Positions 1 to 10,000 of a DNA stretch of 62,604 nt are shown here, piece after piece. The notes beneath the pieces are model-generated. The model saw nothing but the letters and a program-made list of their open reading frames with translations, was not told the origin of the DNA and did no database searches. The position numbers and the translations under genes were made by a program. The DNA comes from Candidatus Collierbacteria bacterium (GTDB lineage: Bacteria; Patescibacteriota; Microgenomatia; UBA1400; MFAQ01). How positions within the stretch are numbered: the stretch's first letter is position 1; each line of letters opens with the position of its first letter. Location of the stretch: assembly GCA_903886255.1 (NCBI GenBank), contig CAISLM010000073.1:1-62604 (forward strand), read 5' to 3'.

Positions 1-1254
1 GGTGAAAATTTAAAACTCCACGAAAATTCTCCTTTTAAAAAAGAAAAATGTCATCCCAATTGCGACTGCGGTCGTTTCTTGGAAATCGGTAACTCTGTTT
101 TTATGCAATATGTCAAAAAAGACGTTGGCACTCTTGCCGAGTTGCCTCACAAAAATATTGATTTCGGCGGAGGGCTCACTCGCCTGGAAGCGGCTGCGAA
201 CAACGATCCTGATATGTTCAAAATCAGTAGTCTCTGGCCCCTGATTCAAGAAATCGAGACCATTACCGGAAAGTCATATTCCGACCCCGAAAATCAACCA
301 TCAATGAGAATCATTGCCGATCATATTACTGCCGCCACTTTCTTAATCAAAGACGATGTCTTTCCTACCAACAAAGCGCAGGGTTATGTTCTTCGCCGTC
401 TTCTTCGTCGCGCTGCGGTTAAGCTATATTTCCTCACTTCCAATTTGGAAATGCACGAAAGTCTTTCTCAGCTAAGCTCCACTGTGGCGCAATTTTATGC
501 CCCACTATATTTCGATACTGTAAGGGATATTCCGGTAATTCATGAAACCATCAGGATGGAGATAAAAAAATTCAGCGCTTCACTAGACAAGGGCATTAAA
601 GAACTTCAAAAGAATCCCAACGTCGATGGTAAAGACGCTTTTGATCTTTATCAAAATTATGGTTTCCCCATTGAAATCACCGCCGAAATTCTTTCTCAAA
701 TGAACCGAACAGTTGACATCAAACAATTCCAAGTCGAATTTGATAAACACAAAGAATTGTCACGTTCCACCTCGGCCAATATGTTTAAGGGAGGGCTCGC
801 AGATCATTCTCAAACAGTCACAGCCTATCACACGGCCACTCATCTTCTTCACGCGGCTCTTAGACAAATTCTGGGCAATCACGTCGGTCAAAAAGGATCA
901 AATATAACTGCAGAAAGACTTCGTTTTGATTTTTCTCATCCGGAAAAACTAACTGATGAGCAACTTCAATTAACTGAAGATCTGATAAACAAAAAAATAT
1001 CGGAAGGTTTACCGGTCACTAGATCGGAAATGCCCAAAGAAAAAGCTATTGCTGAAGGTGCCATGGCCTTTTTCGGTCAAAAATATCCCGACGTTGTCAG
1101 TGTTTACACAATCGGTAAAGACAAATACATCTTTTCCAAAGAAATTTGCGGCGGTCCGCACGTGACGAATACGAAAGAACTTGCTAAGATAAAGATAGTC
1201 AAACAGGAGTCTTTGGGCGCCGGAACGCGACGTCTCTACTTGCAGTTTGTTTGA
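1..1254 (+). CDS. alaS: Alanyl-tRNA synthetase, 5'-partial; ends after the editing domain (no C-Ala domain)
   Basis: Frame 1 is open from base 1 (CHPNCDCGRFLEIGNSVFMQY). Contains IDFGGGLTRL, IIADH, GYVLRRLLRRA, FDLYQNYGFP, editing motifs HTATHLLH and EICGGPHV; stop follows RRLYLQFV. Confidence 0.96.
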   Translation, partial: GENLKLHENSPFKKEKCHPNCDCGRFLEIGNSVFMQYVKKDVGTLAELPHKNIDFGGGLTRLEAAANNDPDMFKISSLWPLIQEIETITGKSYSDPENQPSMRIIADHITAATFLIKDDVFPTNKAQGYVLRRLLRRAAVKLYFLTSNLEMHESLSQLSSTVAQFYAPLYFDTVRDIPVIHETIRMEIKKFSASLDKGIKELQKNPNVDGKDAFDLYQNYGFPIEITAEILSQMNRTVDIKQFQVEFDKHKELSRSTSANMFKGGLADHSQTVTAYHTATHLLHAALRQILGNHVGQKGSNITAERLRFDFSHPEKLTDEQLQLTEDLINKKISEGLPVTRSEMPKEKAIAEGAMAFFGQKYPDVVSVYTIGKDKYIFSKEICGGPHVTNTKELAKIKIVKQESLGAGTRRLYLQFV

Positions 1255-1265
1255 CAACTGCCGCC

Positions 1266-3425
1266 ATGAATCTAGTAAATCTATTTGGTAATAAATCAAA
1301 ACCCCAAGAGCCGGATTATTTTTTGGCCATTGAAATTCACGAATCTTTAATTAAAACCGCTCTTTGGGAAGTTGTTGAAGGAATTCCTTCTGTGGTTAAT
1401 ATCGGTTCTTTCGAATCATGGGCCGATGAAGATTCTCTCATAAATGGTGTCGACGCTTCGTTGGAACAAGCTGTCAAAGTTATCAAAGAAGAACCCCGCA
1501 AAGTAATTTTTGGCCTTCCTGATTCTTGGATTGATGGAGGCAAAATTCACGCGTCAAAAACCAAATTAATTAGCCGTCTCATAAAAGAACTGGGATTGTC
1601 GCCCATCGGCATGGTTCCCATAAATTCTGCCATTGCTCATTACATGAAAAAGTTGGAAGGCATTCCTCCCACAGCCATTCTTCTTGAAATTTATACCACT
1701 AAGGTTGTTGTTTCTATCATTGAAAAAGGAGAAATCACCGCCTCCGAAGAAACTGCCAGATCAGACGACCTGGCTCAAGACGTTGAAGAGGGTTTAACAG
1801 TCATCGGCAACGAGAAACTACCCGCCCGTTTTATTCTGACGAACGGGGGAATGTTGGAAGAAGAAGAGCAACGCATTACGTCGCATCCTTGGCAAGAGCG
1901 CCTTCCTTTTCAACACATGCCCAAAGTTGAAGTTCTTTCTGTCGATTTTAGTATAAAGGCGATCGCTCTTACTGGTGGTACCGAAGCGGTATCGTATCTT
2001 ACAGGGGAGATAAAAGAAGATGCTCGCGAGGAAACCATTCCTGCCGAAGAAACAAATATTTATGCTCCGGAAGAATCTCCGGCCTCACTCAACGAACTTG
2101 GTTTTTCATACGAAGAGTCGGAAGCCCCTTCATCAGTAGAAAAAGCCCCGCCCGAAGTCTATGTCGAACCGGAAGCGGAATCTGTCGAACCGGAATACGC
2201 CATTTCTCAAGAAGAAGAATCGCCGGTTATTCAAAAGACCGCTCCAAAATTTTCTGTTCCTCTTCCTTCCCTTCCCAAATTTAGTTTTCCCAAACTAAAA
2301 GGTAATAAAACTCCCTGGTTGCTTCTATTATTGTTGCCAATTATTTTAATTGCCGGTATTGCTTATTATCTTTTTACCGGTCAAGCCATTATTTCTATTG
2401 CCTTTACCCCTCAGAAGATTAGCGATCAGTTCAACGTTTCCATTTCCGACAGTTCCGTTTCCGGGTCTCTTACTTTATTGGCAACCAAAAAAACTGTCAC
2501 CGGATCTGCCCAAGAAAAGATCGATACGACAGGCGAAGCAACAGTGGGTGATAACGCAACCGGCACAATTACAATTGCCAATAAAACCACTTCGCCCCTT
2601 ATTATCAAAGCCGGTGCACCTGTTGTGTCCGAAAATGGCAAATACACGTATAAGATTCAATCAGCCATAACGATTGCCTCTGCCAGCTCCGATTTCAACG
2701 GCACAACTTTTGGCAAAGCCACCGGGGTATCAGTCACTGCCACCAAAATCGGCGCCGACTATAATCTTGCCAAAGACACGACCTTCTCTGTTGATAGCTA
2801 TTCAAAATCAGTTGCCGCCGCTGTCGCTGATTCTGATTTTTCCGGAGGCACATCCCGAGCCGTTCGGGCCGTTGCTAAAGCCGATCAGGATAAATTGCTT
2901 CAGATTGCCACCGATAAAATAAAATCTCAAATTGAAAGTGCCACCCAATCCCAAACTCCCGGTTTCCGATCCTTAGCTCTCACGAACTTCGTCTATACCA
3001 AAAAAGTTTTTGATAAAAATATAGGCGACGAAGCGACAGTTTTGAATATTGATCTTCAAGGCTCTGTTGATACGCTCGTTTATTCCGAGGATGATCTTTA
3101 TAAATTAATTCTTGCCCAACTCGCGCCAAAGATTCCTGCCGGTTCGGAAATTTTCCAAGGTAATACCAATATAAATGTCGAAACGCCAACCCTTGTGGTC
3201 GGTGTTTATCAAGCCAAAGTGGATGTTGATACCAGTCTTTTCCCCAAGATAGACGAAGCCAAGTTAAAAACATTTATTGCCGGAAAACCTGTTGCGGATA
3301 TTAGACCCTTTTTCTCTACCATCCAGGGATTCAACCATCTAGATATCAAAATCGCTCCCAAGATTCCTGTCCTCACCAATTACATTCCTCTAAAAAACAT
3401 CAAATTCGAACTAGTGGGAAATTAA
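1266..3425 (+). CDS. Single-pass membrane protein: N-terminal FtsA/PilM-like actin-fold region, acidic linker, TM helix, extracellular baseplate-J/gp47-like domain
   Basis: N-terminus YFLAIEIHESLIKTALWEV...IFGLPDSW...LLEIYTTKVVVSII resembles FtsA/PilM. Glu/Pro-rich linker, TM WLLLLLLPIILIAGIAYYLF, then ATGTITIANKT...IKAGAPVVSENG...VSVTATKIGADYNL. ATG 1266 preferred over TTG 1251. Confidence 0.6.
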   Translation: MNLVNLFGNKSKPQEPDYFLAIEIHESLIKTALWEVVEGIPSVVNIGSFESWADEDSLINGVDASLEQAVKVIKEEPRKVIFGLPDSWIDGGKIHASKTKLISRLIKELGLSPIGMVPINSAIAHYMKKLEGIPPTAILLEIYTTKVVVSIIEKGEITASEETARSDDLAQDVEEGLTVIGNEKLPARFILTNGGMLEEEEQRITSHPWQERLPFQHMPKVEVLSVDFSIKAIALTGGTEAVSYLTGEIKEDAREETIPAEETNIYAPEESPASLNELGFSYEESEAPSSVEKAPPEVYVEPEAESVEPEYAISQEEESPVIQKTAPKFSVPLPSLPKFSFPKLKGNKTPWLLLLLLPIILIAGIAYYLFTGQAIISIAFTPQKISDQFNVSISDSSVSGSLTLLATKKTVTGSAQEKIDTTGEATVGDNATGTITIANKTTSPLIIKAGAPVVSENGKYTYKIQSAITIASASSDFNGTTFGKATGVSVTATKIGADYNLAKDTTFSVDSYSKSVAAAVADSDFSGGTSRAVRAVAKADQDKLLQIATDKIKSQIESATQSQTPGFRSLALTNFVYTKKVFDKNIGDEATVLNIDLQGSVDTLVYSEDDLYKLILAQLAPKIPAGSEIFQGNTNINVETPTLVVGVYQAKVDVDTSLFPKIDEAKLKTFIAGKPVADIRPFFSTIQGFNHLDIKIAPKIPVLTNYIPLKNIKFELVGN

Positions 3426-3426
3426 T

Positions 3427-4176
3427 ATGCTTTACGGATACAAAAAGGCCACGGCGAAAGACCCACACCCCGGCAAAAGAATTCCTGTCTACTTAAAAAC
3501 TATTCCGACTCTAATCTCTGCGCTCGGCTTGGGAATCCTTGGGGCGGTCGCTTATCCTGTGGTTAGCTATCAATTCAAAGACTTTAAACTTTTCAATACC
3601 GATTCCGGTTTGCTCTCTCCTTCTTACTACGAATCAAAAGCCTCCGACCAGGAACCAATCATTCTTTCCGGACTAGACTATACCAAGGCCAGCAGCTGGT
3701 TCCCGGGAAGTACCCAAAATGATCTTTTTTCTGCGCCAAAACCAAAAAACGATGGCAGTATCCCTGAGTTTTACACAATTTCCATTCCCTCGCTCGGTCT
3801 AACGGATGTAAATGTTGCTCTTTTTGACGAAGACTTGACCAAACACTTAGTCCAGTATCCCCAAACGGCACTTCCCGGACAGCTCGGTTCTCCGGTTATT
3901 TTTGGCCACTCCACCCTGCCTCAATTCTTTGATCCCAAAAAATACACAACGGTTTTTTCCACCCTGCCGAAAATTAAGGCCGGTTCCGATATTTTTGTAA
4001 ATTACAACGGACAGGAATATACCTATCGTGTTACGAACACAATTGAGGTTAAACCTTCTGAACTCTGGGTCCTCAAGCAGGATTACAACGCCAAAACTAT
4101 AAAAGTAATAACCTGTGTTCCTCCCGGAACCACCCTCCGTCGTCTTGTTGTCGAAGCTTCTCTAATCGAATACTAG
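3427..4176 (+). CDS. Sortase (class D/E-like) with N-terminal membrane anchor
   Basis: Catalytic His/Cys/Arg pattern VIFGHS, VITCVPPG, RRLVV; N-terminal TM segment; 1 nt after the upstream stop. Confidence 0.85.
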   Translation: MLYGYKKATAKDPHPGKRIPVYLKTIPTLISALGLGILGAVAYPVVSYQFKDFKLFNTDSGLLSPSYYESKASDQEPIILSGLDYTKASSWFPGSTQNDLFSAPKPKNDGSIPEFYTISIPSLGLTDVNVALFDEDLTKHLVQYPQTALPGQLGSPVIFGHSTLPQFFDPKKYTTVFSTLPKIKAGSDIFVNYNGQEYTYRVTNTIEVKPSELWVLKQDYNAKTIKVITCVPPGTTLRRLVVEASLIEY

Positions 4177-4191
4177 CTTCCTCGTATAAAC

Positions 4192-4197
4192 TATAAT
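4192..4197 (+). promoter_or_regulatory. -10 box for a probably leaderless ruvX transcript
   Basis: TATAAT 6 nt upstream of ATG 4204; no SD. Confidence 0.5.
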
Positions 4198-4203
4198 ATC
4201 GCT

Positions 4204-4596
4204 ATGCCCATAATCTTATGTCTCGATCTCGGCACAGCTCACACCGGCATCGCCATCTCCAATGAGGGTATATTGGCACAGCCTCTCACCACCATTTTCG
4301 AAACAAAGCTCGATAAACTCATCGGTAAACTAGTCCCCTTTATTGCCAAAAATCATCCCGACACTATTGTTATTGGTATTCCCTCATTCGGCCCCCTTGT
4401 GGAATATTCAAAAAATCTCAAAAAAGAACTCGAAAAAATTTTCACCGGCGAAATTGTTTTATTTCCTGAAGATTTTTCTTCCCGCTCTGCCAAGTCTCTT
4501 CTTAAGGATACAGGTAAAATTCTTTCCAAACGCAAAGCCGCCGAACACCAAACGGCTGCTGCCATCATTCTCGAAGACTTCCTCGATACTCTCTAA
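4204..4596 (+). CDS. ruvX: YqgF/RuvX family nuclease (putative pre-16S rRNA processing)
   Basis: LCLDLGTAHTGIAIS, IVIGIP, PEDFSS, AAAIILEDFL; alaS...ruvX...mltG synteny. Confidence 0.85.
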   Translation: MPIILCLDLGTAHTGIAISNEGILAQPLTTIFETKLDKLIGKLVPFIAKNHPDTIVIGIPSFGPLVEYSKNLKKELEKIFTGEIVLFPEDFSSRSAKSLLKDTGKILSKRKAAEHQTAAAIILEDFLDTL

Positions 4597-4601
4597 CAAA
4601 T

Positions 4602-5084
4602 ATGAAAAAGACTATTAGATGTAAAAATAATTTTGGCGGATATATTGATATTCCTATCGAAAAAATTTCTTTTCGACCAAGTGTCTATGGTTTTATTTAT
4701 AATAACGAAAAAATACTTACTTTAACCACAAAAAGTACCGGAAAATTCTGGTTTCCCGGTGGGGGAATAAATATCGGAGAAAGATTGGAAGATGCTTTAA
4801 AAAGAGAAATTATCGAAGAAACAGGTATAGAAGTTTCAATTGAAAAACCTGTTTTAGTTAAAGAAAACTTTTTTTATTATGAACCTTTAGACGAGGCGTA
4901 TCATGCCTTCCTTTTCTTTTATTTATGCGAACCAATAAGTCTAAAATTATTACCTGACGATATGGTTAACGACCTGGAATCAACACAACCGAGATGGACA
5001 AAAATTTCGGAAATAATAAAAGAAAATATCAATGATTTCCCTGACGAAATATTCTCTCAAATAAACAACCTCAAGAGTATCTAA
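4602..5084 (+). CDS. NUDIX hydrolase
   Basis: Nudix box GGGINIGERLEDALKREIIEETG. Confidence 0.92.
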   Translation: MKKTIRCKNNFGGYIDIPIEKISFRPSVYGFIYNNEKILTLTTKSTGKFWFPGGGINIGERLEDALKREIIEETGIEVSIEKPVLVKENFFYYEPLDEAYHAFLFFYLCEPISLKLLPDDMVNDLESTQPRWTKISEIIKENINDFPDEIFSQINNLKSI

Positions 5085-5104
5085 GAAAAGAAAAACCTAT
5101 AACA

Positions 5105-5133
5105 TTGACTTTTTAATAATGGTGTGTTAATCT
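5105..5133 (+). promoter_or_regulatory. sigma70-type promoter of orphan gene 5180
   Basis: TTGACT-17 nt-TAATCT with extended TG; SD GGAGG at 5172-5176. Confidence 0.7.
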
Positions 5134-5179
5134 ATCCATTGCATTTCGAGGACCTTTTCAATTCAAGACATGGAGGCTA

Positions 5180-5602
5180 ATGATCGAGAAAGATTTGCTC
5201 GAAAAAGCAGTCGCTTTCATAAACCGCCGGCTCCAAGATCCCAGTCGGGAAATAGATTTCTGCGAATGCATCCTGCGTCATGAGGATGTCGAACCGGAAG
5301 AAATGACCAACGTCGAATTCGTCGAAGAGATCGTGGAGGAATCGGACAACGACCCGGGTCTACTAATCGACGAAGACTGTGAAGAAGAAAACAGTGCCTA
5401 TGTGATCGATGGAGAAATCTTCATCGTCAACGAAAAAATAAAATACGGCGTTCCCCTCGAAGACATCAATAGCATCAGACTGTTCCGGAACAAGATCGTC
5501 TTCTTGCTAACGATCGGCTTCTTCGCAGTATCCTGGGATAACGAAGCAGATTTACAGAGACTAATCGACTGGTTCCACTCCTGTCCCACCTTCGGTGAAT
5601 AA
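5180..5602 (+). CDS. Acidic hypothetical protein, 140 aa; self-contained cassette
   Basis: Has its own promoter, SD and terminator. C-terminal half (VPLEDINSIRLF...LQRLIDWF) is weakly PH-fold-like. Confidence 0.7.
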   Translation: MIEKDLLEKAVAFINRRLQDPSREIDFCECILRHEDVEPEEMTNVEFVEEIVEESDNDPGLLIDEDCEEENSAYVIDGEIFIVNEKIKYGVPLEDINSIRLFRNKIVFLLTIGFFAVSWDNEADLQRLIDWFHSCPTFGE

Positions 5603-5611
5603 AAATTAATT

Positions 5612-5639
5612 TTCCCCACAGTAATGTGGGGAATTTTTT
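5612..5639 (+). terminator. Intrinsic terminator
   Basis: TTCCCCACA-gtaa-TGTGGGGAA followed by T6. Confidence 0.8.
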
Positions 5640-5671
5640 GTTTGGTGATATTCATCATATATAATCAAAAT

Positions 5672-5878
5672 ATGTTCAAGAATATTATCGCCCCCGTCCA
5701 GGCCTGGCTTCTTTCCAAAGGTTCCTGCGTTGGCTGTGGAACGGCTTTGGTAGAAGGCGAAAATGTTCCTTCTAAAAAAGTCAAAGATTGTCATCAAATT
5801 ACCTGCAAGTGCGGCCGCATTTTTATTTTTAATCCGAAAACAAAAACCTATCGCCGTGCTCTCTTAAGTGAAGTTTAA
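5672..5878 (+). CDS. Small zinc-ribbon protein, 68 aa
   Basis: CVGC...CKCG. ATG 5672 lies 6 nt after TATAAT (5660-5665); the ORF-track start at 5624 falls inside the terminator. Confidence 0.7.
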   Translation: MFKNIIAPVQAWLLSKGSCVGCGTALVEGENVPSKKVKDCHQITCKCGRIFIFNPKTKTYRRALLSEV

Positions 5879-5881
5879 CCG

Positions 5882-6871
5882 ATGCTGAAACGACTATTAA
5901 TCGCCTTCATACTAATTTTTATCGCCTTTTTTGGATGGTTTTTCTTGGCCACTCGTCCGGTTACTTACAAACCTACCTCCACTTCTGATTTTGAAATAAA
6001 ATCCGGCTGGAGTATCGATCGAATCGGCCAGGAGTTAAGCAATGACAAATTAATTAGATCCAGGGCCGCATTTAAAATTACTATTGTTACTTTGGGTATC
6101 GGCAATAAAATTCAAGCCGGTTTTTTCAAGCTTGCGCCAAACATGAGCCTAACTGATATAGCAAGGAGCCTCACCCACGCCACCATTAAACAAGTTCGAG
6201 TCACCATTCCGGAAGGCCTTCGTCGTGAAGAAATCGGCTTAATTATTGATAATTCCTTTAAAAATATTGAAGGAAAATCTTTTTCCGTCACCGAATTCAT
6301 GCAAGAGACTCAAGGTAAAGAGGGGACTCTCTTTCCTGATACATATGATTTCGATCCCAAGGCGACCACCTCGGCCATCGTCAGTCGCCTGGAAAATAGG
6401 TACAAAGAAATAATTACCCAGGCCAACATCAAAGAGACCGATCAAAACAGAGTCACTACGCTTGCTTCACTTTTACAAAGAGAAGCTGCCACAACTGCAG
6501 AAATGCCCGAAGTTGCCGGCGTTATTGAAAATCGTCTCAAGGCCAAATGGCCGCTTCAAATCGATGCCACTGTTCAATACGCCATTGCCTCCGGTCGCTG
6601 CAAAAATATCAACTGCAGCTGGTGGCCGAACAATCTCACCTCAACAGACCTTCAAATAAAATCTCCCTACAATACTTACTTAAATCAAGGTCTTCCTCCC
6701 ATGCCGATCTGTAATCCTGGCGCCGACGCCATTAAAGCCGCCGCATCTCCTAAGGCCACAACGGCTTGGTTTTATCTCCATGATCTAAATGGTCAAATCC
6801 ACTTTGCGGCAACCATCGAAGAACACAACAAAAACGTTTGTGTCTACCTTCACAAAAGCTGTCCGAACTGA
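5882..6871 (+). CDS. mltG: Endolytic transglycosylase MltG (YceG family)
   Basis: N-terminal TM, VTIPEGLRREEI, EGTLFPDTY, ASLLQREA, LQIDATVQY, SPYNTYLNQGLPPMPICNPG. Confidence 0.93.
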   Translation: MLKRLLIAFILIFIAFFGWFFLATRPVTYKPTSTSDFEIKSGWSIDRIGQELSNDKLIRSRAAFKITIVTLGIGNKIQAGFFKLAPNMSLTDIARSLTHATIKQVRVTIPEGLRREEIGLIIDNSFKNIEGKSFSVTEFMQETQGKEGTLFPDTYDFDPKATTSAIVSRLENRYKEIITQANIKETDQNRVTTLASLLQREAATTAEMPEVAGVIENRLKAKWPLQIDATVQYAIASGRCKNINCSWWPNNLTSTDLQIKSPYNTYLNQGLPPMPICNPGADAIKAAASPKATTAWFYLHDLNGQIHFAATIEEHNKNVCVYLHKSCPN

Positions 6872-6884
6872 TAAAATCTCCAGG

Positions 6885-6914
6885 TTGACAACAGCCTTGA
6901 TATTGTGATATCCT
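6885..6914 (+). promoter_or_regulatory. rpoB promoter
   Basis: TTGACA-18 nt-TATCCT with extended TG. Confidence 0.65.
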
Positions 6915-7008
6915 ACAGGCACTGCTATAAACTTGGCTGGATTTTGTCTCGGTCAGGTTCTTGTATGTTGTCCATTGTTATTTACCTTTCCTTAAAATCC
7001 AAAAACGG

Positions 7009-10000
7009 ATGAATAAACAAATAAATCGTGAAAACTGGGGAACAATTAACCCGGTATTACCAGAATTGAATTTAACCCAAATTCAAATCGACTCATACAA
7101 ACAATTCCTCCAAGACGGAATTCGCGAGTCACTTACCGAACTAAACCCCATCAAAGATTTCACCGGAAAAGTATTTGAATTCGAATTTTTAAACAACCGC
7201 ATCGGTCTCCCCAAAATAACCCCCAAACAAGCCATCGAAAAAGGCGTCACTTTTGAAGCTCCTCTCTGGGCCACTGTCAAGCTCACCAATCTCCACTCCA
7301 AAGCTACTCAGCAACAGGAAATTTTCTTGGGTGATATCCCCATGATGACCACTACCGGCACCTTCATCATTAATGGTGTCGAACGTGTCGTCGTTGACCA
7401 GCTCGTCCGTTCCCCGGGAGCTTACTTTACTAGAGAAGTTGATCCTCATTCCGGTCGTGCCATTCACCAAGCGGAAATCCGCCCCATGCGTGGTTCCTGG
7501 CTCGAAGTTTTGGTTAGTCGCAATGATCACGTTTCCGTCCGTATCGACCGCCACCGCAAAGTTTCTGCCACCACTCTCCTTCGCGCCCTTGGTTTTAGTT
7601 CCAATGAAGAAATTCTTGCTCTTTTTGCCGGCGTCGACGTTGATAAAGACCACCAATATATCTCCACCACTCTTCTCAAAGACACCACCACTGACACCGA
7701 AGAAGCTCTTCTTGAGTTCTACCAAAAGGTCCGCCCCGGCGAGCCGGCAGTTCTCGACAACGCCAAAGCCCTTCTCCATCAAATGTTCTTTGACCCCCGC
7801 CGCTACAATTTGGGCTTGGTCGGTCGTTACAAGATGAGCCGAAAACTCGGTCTCTCCACTCCCGTTGATAAGCAACACGTCACCCTAACAGTTGACGATT
7901 TTGTCGGATCAATCAAATATTTAATCGGTCTACAAAATGGCCACGGAAAAATCGACGATATCGATCACCTAGCCAACCGCCGCCTCCGCTGTGTCGGTGA
8001 ACTTGTTAACCAGACCTCTTTCAAAGCCGGTCTTCTCCGTTTGGAGCGCTCCATTAAGGAAAAAATGTCCCTTGCCAAGCCCGATGAGCTTCCTACCCCT
8101 GCCGCCTTCGTTAACCCCAGACCAATAATCTCGGCCATTACCGAATTTTTCAGAAGAAACAGACTTTCTTCTATTCTCGACCAGGTTAATCCTCTTTCCG
8201 AGATTGATAACCTTCGCCGTATTTCAGTTATGGGACCCGGCGGTATCACAAGAGAGCGCGCCAGTTTCTCCATGCGTGATATTCACTCCTCTCAATATTC
8301 CCGTATCTGTCCGGTTAGATCTCCTGAAGGTCCAAACATTGGTTTGGTTACCTATTTAGCCCTATACACCAGGATAAATGACTACGGCTTCCTCGAGTCA
8401 CCTTACCTCAAAGTCGAAAAAAATAGCAAAGGTGGTAAATCCAAGATGGTTATTGGCAAAGAAATCGTTTACCTCGCCGCTGATGATGAAGAAGACGCCT
8501 ATATTACTCACGCAGGAGTTGAGCGCGAAGGCGATGAACTCACACAGAAATGGGTTCCTGCTCGTTTCCAAGGAAAATATATCGAAGTTGACTCTGATTT
8601 GATTCAATATATTGATGTCGTACCTCGCCAAGTTGTTGGTACTTCAGCCGCTCTTATTCCTTTCATCCAGCAAGACGAAGGTACTCGTGCTCTCATGGGT
8701 ACCCACCACCTTACCCAGGCTCTACCTTTGGTTAGGCCTGAAGCTCCTATCGTCGGTACCGGCATGGAAAATGTTGTCGCCCAAAGTATGGGTTGGTCCG
8801 TCAAATCCTTGTTTAATGGTGAAGTTATTTCCGTCGACGCCGATCACATCTCTCTCAAACTCAAGCCTGAGGACGCAAAGGCCGCCGCTTCCGAGATTTC
8901 ACCTTTCGACTATGGTTTTGTGGAAGTTAATCGTGACATCGTCACCTACAACATCCGCAAATACCACAACTCTTCCCAAGACACTTCTTACAACCAGCAT
9001 CCTTTAGTTGATATTGGAGACAAAATCAAAAAAGGTGATGTCATTATCAATGGTCCTTCCGCCGAAAACGGCGAGCTCGCTCTAGGTCAAAACCTTTTGA
9101 TCGCCTACGCAGCCTTTGAAGGTTTGGGTTACGAAGATGCCATTGTTGTTTCTGATCATTGCGTCAGCAAAGATTTATTGTCTTCCGTCCATATTCATGA
9201 ACACACCTGTGACCTCATGGATACAAAGCTTGGACCCGAAGAGTTAACCCGTGACATCCCGAATGTTGCCGAAACTGATCTTAAAAATCTTGATAACGAA
9301 GGTATTATCGCCATCGGTTCGGTCGTTGGACCCAATGATATTTTAATCGGAAAAATCGCCCCTAAGGGTGAAACTGAGCTCACTGCAGAAGAAAGATTGT
9401 TACGCGCCATCTTTGGCGAAAAAGCCAGAGAAGTAAGAGACACATCCCTCCGTATGCCTCACGGCGAACAGGGTGTTGTTATCTCAGTCCGTATTTTGAA
9501 TCGTGATGAAGGTGACGAGCTCGATGCTGGTGTCATAAAACAAATCAAAGTTAAGATCGCTCAGCTTAGAAAAATCACTGTCGGTGATAAAGTTGCCGGC
9601 CGCCACGGAAATAAAGGTGTCATTTCCAAGATCGTTTCCCAGGCCGATATGCCTCACATGGCCGATGGTACTCCCGTCGATATCATTATTTCTCCGCTCT
9701 CCGTGCTTGCCCGTATGAACCTAGGCCAGCTCTTGGAAGCCCAGCTCGGTTTTGCCGGCAGTAAGCTTGGCAAACGCTACTCGGTTCCGGTTTTCGAAAA
9801 CGTTTCCGAAGCTAAGATCTCTGAGGCTCTCAAGGAAGCCGGTCTCCCGGTCTCCGGCAAGATCCAGCTTTTTGATGGTCGCTCCGGTGAACCTTTCGAA
9901 GAAACCACCGCTGTTGGTGTTACCTACATCATCAAGCTCAACCACATGGTCGAAGACAAGACCCATGCTCGTTCAATAGGACCTTACAGTCTAGTTACTC

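Noticed and set aside
1266-3425. Prophage or contractile-tail locus suggested by the baseplate-J-like domain
   Set aside because: No other phage structural, terminase or integrase genes are present, and the protein has a TM helix within conserved housekeeping synteny.
4204-4596. RuvX catalytic inactivation (His where a C-terminal Asp is usual)
   Set aside because: The first Asp and the Glu are present, and by-eye alignment at that position is too uncertain.
7189-7878. Long antisense and alternative-frame ORFs over rpoB, rpoC, fusA, r-protein and IBP genes (e.g. 7189-7878, 50893-51396, 60651-61229)
   Set aside because: These are shadow ORFs of strongly codon-biased genes, with no motifs or initiation signals.
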